A stretch of DNA of 64,000 nucleotides from a virus, in IMG/VR virus record IMGVR_UViG_3300029121_000001; one strand, written 5' to 3'. Under the pieces are notes generated by a model. It did not search any database and was not told the origin of the DNA. It saw only the letters and a program-made list of their open reading frames with translations. Of the stretch, positions 36,262-44,760 are shown piece by piece (position 1 is the stretch's first letter; each line of letters begins with the position of its first letter). The position numbers were made by a program, and so were the translations under genes.

Positions 36262-38379
36262 ATGGCCATGCTTCTTGATAGTAAATATACCATTCTTCCT
36301 AATCTTAGGTTTTCTCTGACCTACGATACGGGAATGTCTAAGTCTATTATCGTAAAGTCTGGTGATAAAATTGATTGCTCTTATAAACAGAATGGTGTAA
36401 TTAATTCTATCACTGGTATGGTATCTAAGATTGGTGTTAATTATAATTCCTCTCTCGGTGCTTTTGGTTCTAATGCATATATGCAGGTTGATGGATCTGC
36501 AGAATATGCAGGTAAGGTAGTATATATTCAGCCTAATGATGTGCTTGATATCGATATTATCTCTACTTCTGATACTATTAGTAATCCTGTTTGTAGTGTC
36601 GATAATGAAGATCAGCGCATTAGATTGATTAGAGAAAACGAAGCTGGAGTTTTCCAGTATAGTCTTGATGGACTTACTTGGAATACTGCTACTGGATCTC
36701 AGGGTATGTCTGCATATGAATGTGCAGTTGCTATGGGATATCAGGGAACTGAGGCTGAATGGCTAGAGAGTCTTAAGGGTGATAAGGGAGATCCCGGTGA
36801 ATTTGAAATTTACTGTGTCTTTGATTCTATCGAAGAAGCAGAAAGAAAGAAGAATACTGTTCCTCGTGGAAAGTTTGTTGCTGTTCTAGGAACTCCTTGT
36901 GCTACACTATATATCAGAACCAGTGATACCACTACCAGTAGCTGTCCTTGTGGCTGTGGTAAGAATATTGTAGTTAATTCTAACACGACTATCACTGGAT
37001 ATCAATATCTTGGTCCTATGACTGTTGGTGCAAAGGGAGATCCCGGTAAGCCTGGTTCAAAGGGAGATCCCGGCAAAGATGGTAAATCTGCATATGAATA
37101 TGCTGTAGATTATGGATTTACTGGAACAGAAGAAGACTTTGCTAAGCAAATGTGTGATGGTAGTATCAAGGTTACCAATTTCTTCATGGGCCAAAATCCT
37201 GACCTTCTGAATACTGTTATTGGGCCTATTGATCTGAGAATCTTTGGCTATACAGATACTAAGACCCTTAGAAGTGTTAAGCTGAAGAAAATTGATATTT
37301 CTTCTCCTTCTGAGATTGAAGATCAATCTCTGATTTTTGCAGATGCTGTTACTCTTCGTGCTGTTCCCACTAAGACAGAGGCCGCTAAGCCTAATCTTAC
37401 CATTAAAGGTAATAAGTTTGTCACCGACTGCATTATGGAACGTGATGGAGAGATCGGTGTTTTCCGTAGAGTTGAGCACATTGATTCCTATAATGGTGAA
37501 ACTATTCTAGGTGATTGGATCTCCTCTACTGGTGAGCTTGATCTTGGTGCAGAAGTTCAGTTTACTACTCTTGGTGAATTTGAGCCTTTTGATAAGAGAA
37601 CTCAGAGCCAGTATAAGAAACTCCATACTTATGATAGAGAAACCGAAATTAAGTTGGATGATAAGAATGCTTGGCTATCTATCTCTTACCCTGTAGATAT
37701 TGCTACTTTTATTACTGGTATGGCATCTACTCAGATTCAAGAATATCTTGAAGAGCATACTACTGAGCTAATTGGTCCTGCTGTTGAGAAGGTTGTTAAT
37801 GAGAAGATCAATACCATTAATCAGGAAATAACCAATATTAACAATTCTCTTGGCGATAAACAAGAAAAGCTTCAGGCTGGAGATAATATAACCATTAAAG
37901 GCAATGTAATTAGTGCATCTGCTGCTGGTGAAACAACAGAAGAAATTACTGTTACTAAGGCCTTTGGTGCTCTTGAAGTTGGAACAGTAATTCCTACAGG
38001 AACGTCATTTACAGACTTTCTGAAGATGTCTATTGCTCCTCCTGCTCCTCCTGCTAGTAAATTTGTTTATTTTGGAACTCCTGATACTGTTCCTACCAAT
38101 ATTGAAGGTTTTACGAGTCAATCTATTGAAGATACTATACTTTTGAAGGATGGTGTATTCTTTAGATATACTGCAGATGATAAACATCTTGCATTTGCAT
38201 ATAAGCAGAGTATTGGTGAACTTCTGTCTATTAAAGATCCTAATGGGTTTGAACAGATGGATGGATGGTCAATGGCTACATATACAAATCCTGATACTAA
38301 TATTGCTTATTATATCTGGTATACTAATGATCCTGTTACAGTTTCTAGATTTAAGGTTACATTCCTATTTACTGACTGA
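36262..38379 (+). CDS. Tail fibre protein with collagen-like G-X-Y stretches
   Basis: 'GMSAYECAVAMGYQGTEAEWLESLKGDKGDPGE' and 'GAKGDPGKPGSKGDPGKDGKSAYEYAVDYGFTGTEEDF' are motifs typical of tail fibres of low-GC Gram-positive phages. Confidence 0.7.
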   Translation: MAMLLDSKYTILPNLRFSLTYDTGMSKSIIVKSGDKIDCSYKQNGVINSITGMVSKIGVNYNSSLGAFGSNAYMQVDGSAEYAGKVVYIQPNDVLDIDIISTSDTISNPVCSVDNEDQRIRLIRENEAGVFQYSLDGLTWNTATGSQGMSAYECAVAMGYQGTEAEWLESLKGDKGDPGEFEIYCVFDSIEEAERKKNTVPRGKFVAVLGTPCATLYIRTSDTTTSSCPCGCGKNIVVNSNTTITGYQYLGPMTVGAKGDPGKPGSKGDPGKDGKSAYEYAVDYGFTGTEEDFAKQMCDGSIKVTNFFMGQNPDLLNTVIGPIDLRIFGYTDTKTLRSVKLKKIDISSPSEIEDQSLIFADAVTLRAVPTKTEAAKPNLTIKGNKFVTDCIMERDGEIGVFRRVEHIDSYNGETILGDWISSTGELDLGAEVQFTTLGEFEPFDKRTQSQYKKLHTYDRETEIKLDDKNAWLSISYPVDIATFITGMASTQIQEYLEEHTTELIGPAVEKVVNEKINTINQEITNINNSLGDKQEKLQAGDNITIKGNVISASAAGETTEEITVTKAFGALEVGTVIPTGTSFTDFLKMSIAPPAPPASKFVYFGTPDTVPTNIEGFTSQSIEDTILLKDGVFFRYTADDKHLAFAYKQSIGELLSIKDPNGFEQMDGWSMATYTNPDTNIAYYIWYTNDPVTVSRFKVTFLFTD

Positions 38380-38405
38380 TTTTTAAGAAAGGAGGAGTAA
38401 TTTAA

Positions 38406-39173
38406 ATGATTAATGTTATTCAAGGTTTCAAGCTGTCTGCTAGAGATCCTATTGATGCACGTCTTTTGATGACAAAGAAAGAAATGCGTGACATCAAAGA
38501 CAACATGATGCCCGATAAGTATTTTACAATTTGTAAAGAAAATGGACTTCTTTATATTTATGATAAAGATAGAACACAAGAAGAAATCGGAGCTACAGAT
38601 ACTGGCAAATTTACACTCGTAAATTCTTCAAAAATTGATGCTATTACTATTGATGGTGAAACTCTTCCTATTGATGAATCGATTGTAGATATTCCTAAAG
38701 CTCTTGCTGACAAGTATGGTGTTATTAAGCTTGGCACAGGACTTAAGAATGATGATGATGGCACCGTAACAATTGACTTTGATTCTTTTGCAGATGGTAT
38801 TATTCCTCAGAGTAAGATTAATTTCACCAATGGTGGAATTATTTCTCGTGGATATTTTCATGATGGAAAATTTTATACTTCTACAGATTACAAAGAGTCT
38901 ATTGTAGGATACGATTATAAACTTTATATCGATATCCCCAGTACTTTTGTATATGAGTATAATACCACTGAGAAAAAATTCGAACAAATTAATAAAGCTC
39001 CACTAGCAACTTCTATTATCCCTGGTGTGATGAAGCTGTATGGAGCTCCTGGTGATCAGACTGATGGTACTATGAATCAGAAGTCTATTACCGATGAACT
39101 AAATAAAAAGTTTACAATTTCTAAGGGAGAAGATGAATCCATTATCTTTAAAGATGGATTTACTGTTTCTTAA
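38406..39173 (+). CDS. Tail fibre-associated protein (255 aa)
   Basis: 'YGVIKLGTG' and 'IIPGVMKLYGAPG' fibre-type motifs. It sits between fibre genes. Confidence 0.45.
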   Translation: MINVIQGFKLSARDPIDARLLMTKKEMRDIKDNMMPDKYFTICKENGLLYIYDKDRTQEEIGATDTGKFTLVNSSKIDAITIDGETLPIDESIVDIPKALADKYGVIKLGTGLKNDDDGTVTIDFDSFADGIIPQSKINFTNGGIISRGYFHDGKFYTSTDYKESIVGYDYKLYIDIPSTFVYEYNTTEKKFEQINKAPLATSIIPGVMKLYGAPGDQTDGTMNQKSITDELNKKFTISKGEDESIIFKDGFTVS

Positions 39174-39240
39174 GTTATTGTAATTTTTTATAAAAATCTC
39201 ACTTATCTACTACAAAAAATATTAAAGGAGATTTACTACT

Positions 39241-40626
39241 ATGGCTGTTATTAAGACTACTTATGATAATGCCAACACCCTGAAGAAGATTACAGTCGGT
39301 GCTGAAGTCTACTTCGTTAAGGATGCTGACCTGCGTAAGATTGTTGAAGGTTTCCACGATGCCGTCTATAAGGACGTCGCTGTTGAGCTGACCGAAGATG
39401 GTGTTGCTCTGCCTACTGAGGGTGCAGTTGTTAAGTATATTAAGGAGAAGGTTGCATCTCTGGAAGGTGCTATGCACTTCCGTGGTGTCATCACTCGTGC
39501 TGAAGAGGGCACAGATGATCTGACTGCTATTGCTGCTGTTGTTACCGATCCCAAGTCTGGTGACGTTGTTGTTATGAAGGATAACTCTAAGGAGTATATC
39601 TATAACGGCACTGCTTGGGAGGAGCTGGGTGACCAGACTACTCACCTGACTGTTGCTACTGCAGCTGCTACTTATGTTGCAAAGACCACTACCATTGCTG
39701 GTATTGATCTACAGGATAACATTACTGCTGAGGAGCTGGAAGGTCCTACTGCTCTGAATCTGAAGGCTCTGTCCCATAAGGATACTGCTTCTGGTTCTGT
39801 TGAGGTCTTTGATAAGATCGATGACCTGACTGTTGCTAAGTCTGGCGAGTATACTCTGGCAGGTACTACTGTTGCAGTTCCTAAGACTTATTCTGCTATG
39901 GATGTTACCGCAGCAGGTAGTGTTACTGTTGATCAGACTATTGATGTGGCTGCTACTTATGAGAAGACTTCTGGTGTTACCATTGCTGCTACTGCTGCCG
40001 ATGAGACTCATACAGCAAACTATACTCCTGCTGGTAAGGTTGCTCTGCCTGCTCTGACTGCTAGTGTTGAGCTGAAGACCACTGATGTTGCAACGGTTAC
40101 CGATAAGGGTACCGCTTACTCTATGACTGATGGTAAGGTCGAGAAGGCTGCTGATACCACTGCATCTTTCGTTCAGAAGGGTGTTAAGTTTAGTGTTGAT
40201 GCAGAAGATGAGTCTCTGACCCTGGACTACACTACTGCTGCCGCTGATACCGCATTCTATGCTGCTGCTGTCACTGTTGCTGGTGCTGTTACCTATACTG
40301 CTCCGAAGCTGTCTGGTGCTCTGCCTACCTTCGGTACTTCTGCAGTTGCTACTGCAACTGGTGCTGTTGCTAAGGCAGCATACAATGGTGAGGCTACGTT
40401 TACTGGTACTGGTGCTGTTCTTGGTGCTACCGTTGCTACTGAGACTACTGCTGCTACTGTCACTCAGCCTGTCTTCTCTGCTACCTTTGCTGGTACGAAG
40501 AAGTCTGTCACTCCCACTGTTGCTACTACCGAGGATGCTCAGGCTCCGAATGGTACCATCACTGTGGAGACCACTACTGTTACCCCGACCGTTTCCAAGA
40601 AGACTGCTACTGTCACTGTCAAGTAA
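39241..40626 (+). CDS. Abundant Thr/Ala/Val-rich fibrous structural protein (fibre or decoration)
   Basis: 'LPTEGAVVKYIKEKV' fibre-type N-terminal motif, then ~350 aa of T/A/V-rich repeats. Codon usage is biased (Leu mostly CTG), unlike the neighbours. Confidence 0.55.
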   Translation: MAVIKTTYDNANTLKKITVGAEVYFVKDADLRKIVEGFHDAVYKDVAVELTEDGVALPTEGAVVKYIKEKVASLEGAMHFRGVITRAEEGTDDLTAIAAVVTDPKSGDVVVMKDNSKEYIYNGTAWEELGDQTTHLTVATAAATYVAKTTTIAGIDLQDNITAEELEGPTALNLKALSHKDTASGSVEVFDKIDDLTVAKSGEYTLAGTTVAVPKTYSAMDVTAAGSVTVDQTIDVAATYEKTSGVTIAATAADETHTANYTPAGKVALPALTASVELKTTDVATVTDKGTAYSMTDGKVEKAADTTASFVQKGVKFSVDAEDESLTLDYTTAAADTAFYAAAVTVAGAVTYTAPKLSGALPTFGTSAVATATGAVAKAAYNGEATFTGTGAVLGATVATETTAATVTQPVFSATFAGTKKSVTPTVATTEDAQAPNGTITVETTTVTPTVSKKTATVTVK

Positions 40627-40672
40627 TTTTAACAGTTTTATTTGGATACCTGTTGCATAATTAGTTAATATG

Positions 40673-40700
40673 TACCCTCATCTCTCACGAGGTGAGGGTA
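40673..40700 (+). terminator. Intrinsic terminator
   Basis: TACCCTCA / TGAGGGTA stem followed by TTTTATTATTT. Confidence 0.7.
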
Positions 40701-40843
40701 TTTTATTATTTAATTAAAAATGCTAAATTATGATTAATAATCATAGTACTTTACAAAACATTTTAGTAAATAATAAAATGCTAGTAGTAATATACTAGTG
40801 ATATTATTATATGCTATATAATATCAATAGGAGGATATTTATA

Positions 40844-42202
40844 ATGGCTGATATTAAACAGATTAAAGTTGAAGGCGTATCTTATGATATCAACTCTAAG
40901 TATATCCAAGATGGTTCTGGAAATGGTAAAACTTGGTCTGATATTACTGCTCTGGTCAATGCTGGTGTTCAGCTGGTTACTGACGCTGCTCGTAAGGAAG
41001 CAGCTGCAGATGGTGGCGTTGGAACACCTGCTACTACAGCTGCTGCTGGTACCATGGGTAAGATCTACATGGTAGCTGGCGATGGTGCTATGTCTGGCTC
41101 TTATGTTGAGTTCATTACTGTTGATAAGGGCACTGGTAAAGATGTCACCACTCGTTTTGTCTGGGAAAAGATTGGTACTACTGAGACTGACCTGAGCGAC
41201 TATGCTAAGAAGAAGAATATTACCCTGTCTGGTACTGCAGCTACTGCTGGTGCAACAGCTACTGGTTCTGCTGGTGCAGGTGATGCATCTAATACTGGTG
41301 ATGCTGGTGCAATCACTGCCACCATTACTATTACAGATACTGCAGGTGCACCTTCTGCTACTGGTTCCGCAGGTGCTGGCGTTGCAGCTAATACTGGTGC
41401 TGCAGGAGCTGCTACCATTACTTCTACTTCTGCAGGTGCACATACTCATAGTGTCACTATCGCTGCTCATAGTCATACTGTAAATGTAGCTACTGCTACT
41501 ATTACACCGATTACTAGCGTTGACGATACTACAGGTTCTGCTGGTGCACATACTCATAGTGTCACTATCGCTGCCCATAGTCATACTGTAAATGTAGCTA
41601 CTGGTTCTACTTCTGTTGTTACTGGTGTCACCGCTACCGGTTCTGCTGGTGGTCATACTCATAGCATTACTCCGTCTACTGGTTCTGCAGCATCTCCTGC
41701 TAGTGTTACGGATGGAGTTCTGACTCTTGGAACTATGACTGTTGTTACTGGTGTCACCGCTACCGGTTCTGCAGGTGCACATACTCATAGCATTACTCCG
41801 ACAAAGGCAACTGTTACCTATGTTACTGGGGCTACTCTGTCCGCTGCTGGTGATGCTACTATCAATACTACTTCTGCAGGTGCACATACTCATAGTGTTA
41901 CCTCTTCTGCACCTACTACTCCGATCACTTACGTCACTGGTGCTACTCTGTCCGCTGCTGGTGCTGCTACTATCAATACTACTTCTGCAGGTGGTCATAG
42001 CCATAGTGTTACTATTGCTGCTCATAGCCATAGCTATACTGCACCTCAGGCTCATACCCATACTATTACTCCGACCACTAACACCTTCACTTATGATCTG
42101 GCTGTTGCTGCTCACAACCATACCTATACCAAGCCGACTGCTCATACTCATACCATTGCACAGCATACTCATAGTGTTTCTGTCAAGGGTAATAACTATT
42201 GA
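40844..42202 (+). CDS. Tail fibre / adhesin with ~13 HxH 'His boxes'
   Basis: GGAGG RBS before ATG 40844. Repeated 'SAG(A/G)H(T/S)HS(V/I)T' and 'AAHSHTV' units. The N-terminus 'MADIKQIKVEG...' parallels that of 39241..40626. Confidence 0.7.
   Translation: MADIKQIKVEGVSYDINSKYIQDGSGNGKTWSDITALVNAGVQLVTDAARKEAAADGGVGTPATTAAAGTMGKIYMVAGDGAMSGSYVEFITVDKGTGKDVTTRFVWEKIGTTETDLSDYAKKKNITLSGTAATAGATATGSAGAGDASNTGDAGAITATITITDTAGAPSATGSAGAGVAANTGAAGAATITSTSAGAHTHSVTIAAHSHTVNVATATITPITSVDDTTGSAGAHTHSVTIAAHSHTVNVATGSTSVVTGVTATGSAGGHTHSITPSTGSAASPASVTDGVLTLGTMTVVTGVTATGSAGAHTHSITPTKATVTYVTGATLSAAGDATINTTSAGAHTHSVTSSAPTTPITYVTGATLSAAGAATINTTSAGGHSHSVTIAAHSHSYTAPQAHTHTITPTTNTFTYDLAVAAHNHTYTKPTAHTHTIAQHTHSVSVKGNNY
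41427..42010 (+). repeat. Three pairs of ~60-70-nt near-identical direct repeats inside the HxH fibre gene
   Basis: For example, GGTGCACATACTCATAGTGTCACTATCGCTGC(T/C)CATAGTCATACTGTAAATGTAGCTACTG occurs twice (~41434 and ~41543). Two further pairs lie at ~41615/41741 and ~41822/41935. Confidence 0.7.
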
Positions 42203-42239
42203 TAATCAATTATCAATATCAAGACTTCTAAATAAAAGT

Positions 42240-42266
42240 GGGGAAGGAGCTCTCTGCTCCTTCCCC
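42240..42266 (+). terminator. Intrinsic terminator
   Basis: GGGGAAGGAGC / GCTCCTTCCCC stem followed by TTTGTTTT. Confidence 0.7.
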
Positions 42267-42294
42267 TTTGTTTTAATTAGGAGGATTAAATATT

Positions 42295-42468
42295 ATGCGA
42301 AATGTAGTATCTTTTTACTGCCCTGATTGCAATGAAAACTTTGAAGTTCCTGTAACTCAATTTGGAGAAGACTATATTAAGACTTTTGGAAAATGCAGAT
42401 GCGTTTGCCCACATTGTGGAAATAATGTAGAAAGTGATAGAATCATTGAAGTATCTAGTAAGGAGTAA
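42295..42468 (+). CDS. Cys-rich mini-protein 1 (57 aa; CxxC ... CxCxCxxC)
   Basis: AGGAGGA RBS. 'MRNVVSFYCPDCNENFEVP...GKCRCVCPHCGNN'. It falls below the ORF-track length cutoff. Confidence 0.5.
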   Translation: MRNVVSFYCPDCNENFEVPVTQFGEDYIKTFGKCRCVCPHCGNNVESDRIIEVSSKE

Positions 42469-42473
42469 TCTTC

Positions 42474-42653
42474 ATGAATGTAGTAGCTTTTAAATGTGAT
42501 GATTGTGGTGTAGTCACAGAAATTCCTTTTAATAAAGCTATACAAGTAATATTGAATTCAAGAGGATATGTACAATGTTTATGCATCTGCTGTGGTAAAG
42601 AATTAACCAGTAATTTGATTGCAAAAGAGGGAGAAATTAAAGATGACAGATAA
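42474..42653 (+). CDS. Cys-rich mini-protein 2 (59 aa), paralog of mini-protein 1
   Basis: AAGGAG RBS 8 nt upstream. 'MNVVAFKCDDCGVVTEIP...VQCLCICCGKE'. It overlaps the glycosyltransferase start by 11 nt. Confidence 0.5.
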   Translation: MNVVAFKCDDCGVVTEIPFNKAIQVILNSRGYVQCLCICCGKELTSNLIAKEGEIKDDR

Positions 42654-43773
42654 AAAGATTTGCGTATATGCTATTTGTAAGAATGAATCTAAATTTATTT
42701 CTCAGTGGCTAGACAATATGTCTGAAGCAGACTATATTGTTGTATTGGATACAGGTTCTACAGACGGTACATTTGAACTACTTAAAGAAGATCCTAGAGT
42801 AACTAGAGTAGAACAAAAAATAATTAATCCTTGGAGATTTGATGTTGCTCGCAATGAATCTATGAAATTGATTCCTAAAGATGCAGAAATCTTTGTATGC
42901 ACAGATTTTGATGAATTATTTGAAAATGGATGGTGTCAAGTTCTTAGAGATAATTGGGAAGATGCAGATACAAGATGTCATTATACATATGCATGGTCTC
43001 ATAACATAGATGGTGAACCTACAGATGTATTTATGTATGATAAAATTCATACAAAAGGATATCATTGGAAATTTCCTGTGCATGAAGTTCTTGTAAAAGA
43101 TGATCCTGATTCAGAAGAATTTGTTTTAGATGCTGGAGAAAATATTTATCTTCATCATTTTCCTGATACAAGTAAACCTAGAAGCTCTTATCTTAATCTA
43201 TTGAAACTAGCAGTTAAAGAAAATCCTACAGAATCTCATGTAAGTTCTCTTCTTGCTAGAGAATACATTCTAAGAGATGATATCAAAAATGCTATTAAAC
43301 AATATCTTGCTACTCTTAAATATGAAGATATTAATACTCCTGAAAAGAATGGTATTAAACTTGATTGCTTTGGACATCTTGGAGATTGCTATTTTATGCA
43401 AGCAGAATATGATGAAGCAATTAAATGGTATAATGAATGGATTGCTATAGATCCTACTTATAGAGAACCTTATTTTTGTATTGCTGATATTTATATAGCT
43501 AAGAAACTATATTCAGTGGCTATTGGATATATAGATATGGGTATTAAATTTGGTGTACGTAAATTTGATTGGCTTGAAAGATTCGACAATTGGATTACTA
43601 AAGCTGAAGATATGCTTGCTATTTGCTATTATTATATGCAGAATATTGATCTTGCTTATGATAATATCGTAAAAGCATATGATCATAACAAATCTGATAG
43701 CAGAATTATTGAAAATTATAAAACAATTCTATTTGCTAGAGAAACAGGCATTTATTATCCTACAGTAATTTAA
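42643..43773 (+). CDS. Family-2 (GT-A) glycosyltransferase with C-terminal TPR domain, SunS-like architecture
   Basis: 'ICVYAICKNESKFI...IVVLDTGSTDGT...FDVARNES...FVCTDFDE' (GT2 signature with DxD), then TPR-like 'AIKQYLATL...EAIKWYNEWIAIDPTYREPYF'. GAGGGAG RBS before ATG 42643. Confidence 0.8.
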   Translation: MTDKKICVYAICKNESKFISQWLDNMSEADYIVVLDTGSTDGTFELLKEDPRVTRVEQKIINPWRFDVARNESMKLIPKDAEIFVCTDFDELFENGWCQVLRDNWEDADTRCHYTYAWSHNIDGEPTDVFMYDKIHTKGYHWKFPVHEVLVKDDPDSEEFVLDAGENIYLHHFPDTSKPRSSYLNLLKLAVKENPTESHVSSLLAREYILRDDIKNAIKQYLATLKYEDINTPEKNGIKLDCFGHLGDCYFMQAEYDEAIKWYNEWIAIDPTYREPYFCIADIYIAKKLYSVAIGYIDMGIKFGVRKFDWLERFDNWITKAEDMLAICYYYMQNIDLAYDNIVKAYDHNKSDSRIIENYKTILFARETGIYYPTVI

Positions 43774-43785
43774 TTTTAATAAAAT

Positions 43786-43813
43786 TCCAGAGATGAAGAT
43801 ACTCATCTCTGGA
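43786..43813 (+). terminator. Intrinsic terminator
   Basis: TCCAGAGATGA / TCATCTCTGGA stem followed by TTT. Confidence 0.65.
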
Positions 43814-43854
43814 TTTAACTTGTTTATAAATACCTTTTAGGAGGAGAAATAACG

Positions 43855-44637
43855 ATGGCATTAACTTTTAAACATACTGAAATTCCTCCTTTCGCCAGAA
43901 GGGAAGAAGATGCTTTATTGTTTAATCAAGATGGGTCTTTGGAATACTATATTCCAGAAGATTATTTTGGTTCTGGTAAATCCACATCTGCTACAGTTGA
44001 AGGTGCTTATGTCAAGCTAATGGGCTCTTTTAACTACAGAGTAATCGCTGCAAATGGATCTCCTGGAAATCTAAAAGCATTTAATTTTCCTACAATGTTT
44101 CTTTGCAGACCTGGAAAAATTGAAAAGAGAAAAGATATTCAACTCGATAATGATCTAGATCCTGGTGATTATAGAGTACTTATTTTCTATAAGGATGATC
44201 AACTTATTACAAGATGTCATGTTGAACAGGATATTGATAATCTAGCAGAATTGTTTAGACTTCATATTCAAACAGGAAGAATTCCAAATAGTATTCCTTA
44301 TGATGAATTATATCTATATCCTTTTGAATGTATGGCATTGAATTCTGGTACATATAAGATCCATGCTCAAGCAATGGGTCTTCTATATTCTAAAATTTGC
44401 AGAGATCCTAAAGATATTTCTACTCCTTTTAGGCTATCTAAAACTGCAAATGAAAAGATGACAGGCTATACTTCTATTTCTATTAAGGAAGCTTCTAAAT
44501 ATGTTTCTCCGTTTGTCTCTTTGACATCTGAGAATTTGGATGAAGCTATTATGAGTGCTGTTTTGTTGTCTGATGAGGAAAAAGCTGGTAAACGTACTCA
44601 TAAAGAGAGTCCTCTTGAAAGAGTTATTACTATGTAA
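43855..44637 (+). CDS. Hypothetical protein (260 aa), tail-module neighbour
   Basis: GGAGGAG RBS. TATAAATA lies 17 nt upstream of the RBS. No motif. Confidence 0.6.
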   Translation: MALTFKHTEIPPFARREEDALLFNQDGSLEYYIPEDYFGSGKSTSATVEGAYVKLMGSFNYRVIAANGSPGNLKAFNFPTMFLCRPGKIEKRKDIQLDNDLDPGDYRVLIFYKDDQLITRCHVEQDIDNLAELFRLHIQTGRIPNSIPYDELYLYPFECMALNSGTYKIHAQAMGLLYSKICRDPKDISTPFRLSKTANEKMTGYTSISIKEASKYVSPFVSLTSENLDEAIMSAVLLSDEEKAGKRTHKESPLERVITM

Positions 44638-44760
44638 GATGCCACATTATATAGGCCAGAATGAGTACTTAAAGCAACATTACAATAATTATATATTTGA
44701 TTACATAATCAAAATTATAATCCAATTTTAATTTTACTCAACAAGGAGGAAACAGCTATT

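Noticed and set aside
40814-42172. 452-aa minus-strand ORF, plus several Leu-rich plus-strand ORFs overlapping the fibre genes (39833..40057, 40259..40660, 41202..41483, 41742..42326).
   Set aside because: These are alternative-frame or antisense readings of the repetitive GCT/ACT/GGT-rich fibre sequence. The fibre frames have RBSs, fibre motifs and codon bias.
39241-42202. Considered a diversity-generating retroelement acting on the repetitive fibre genes.
   Set aside because: There is no reverse transcriptase and no template/variable repeat pair with A-specific mismatches. The repeats are in-frame structural units.
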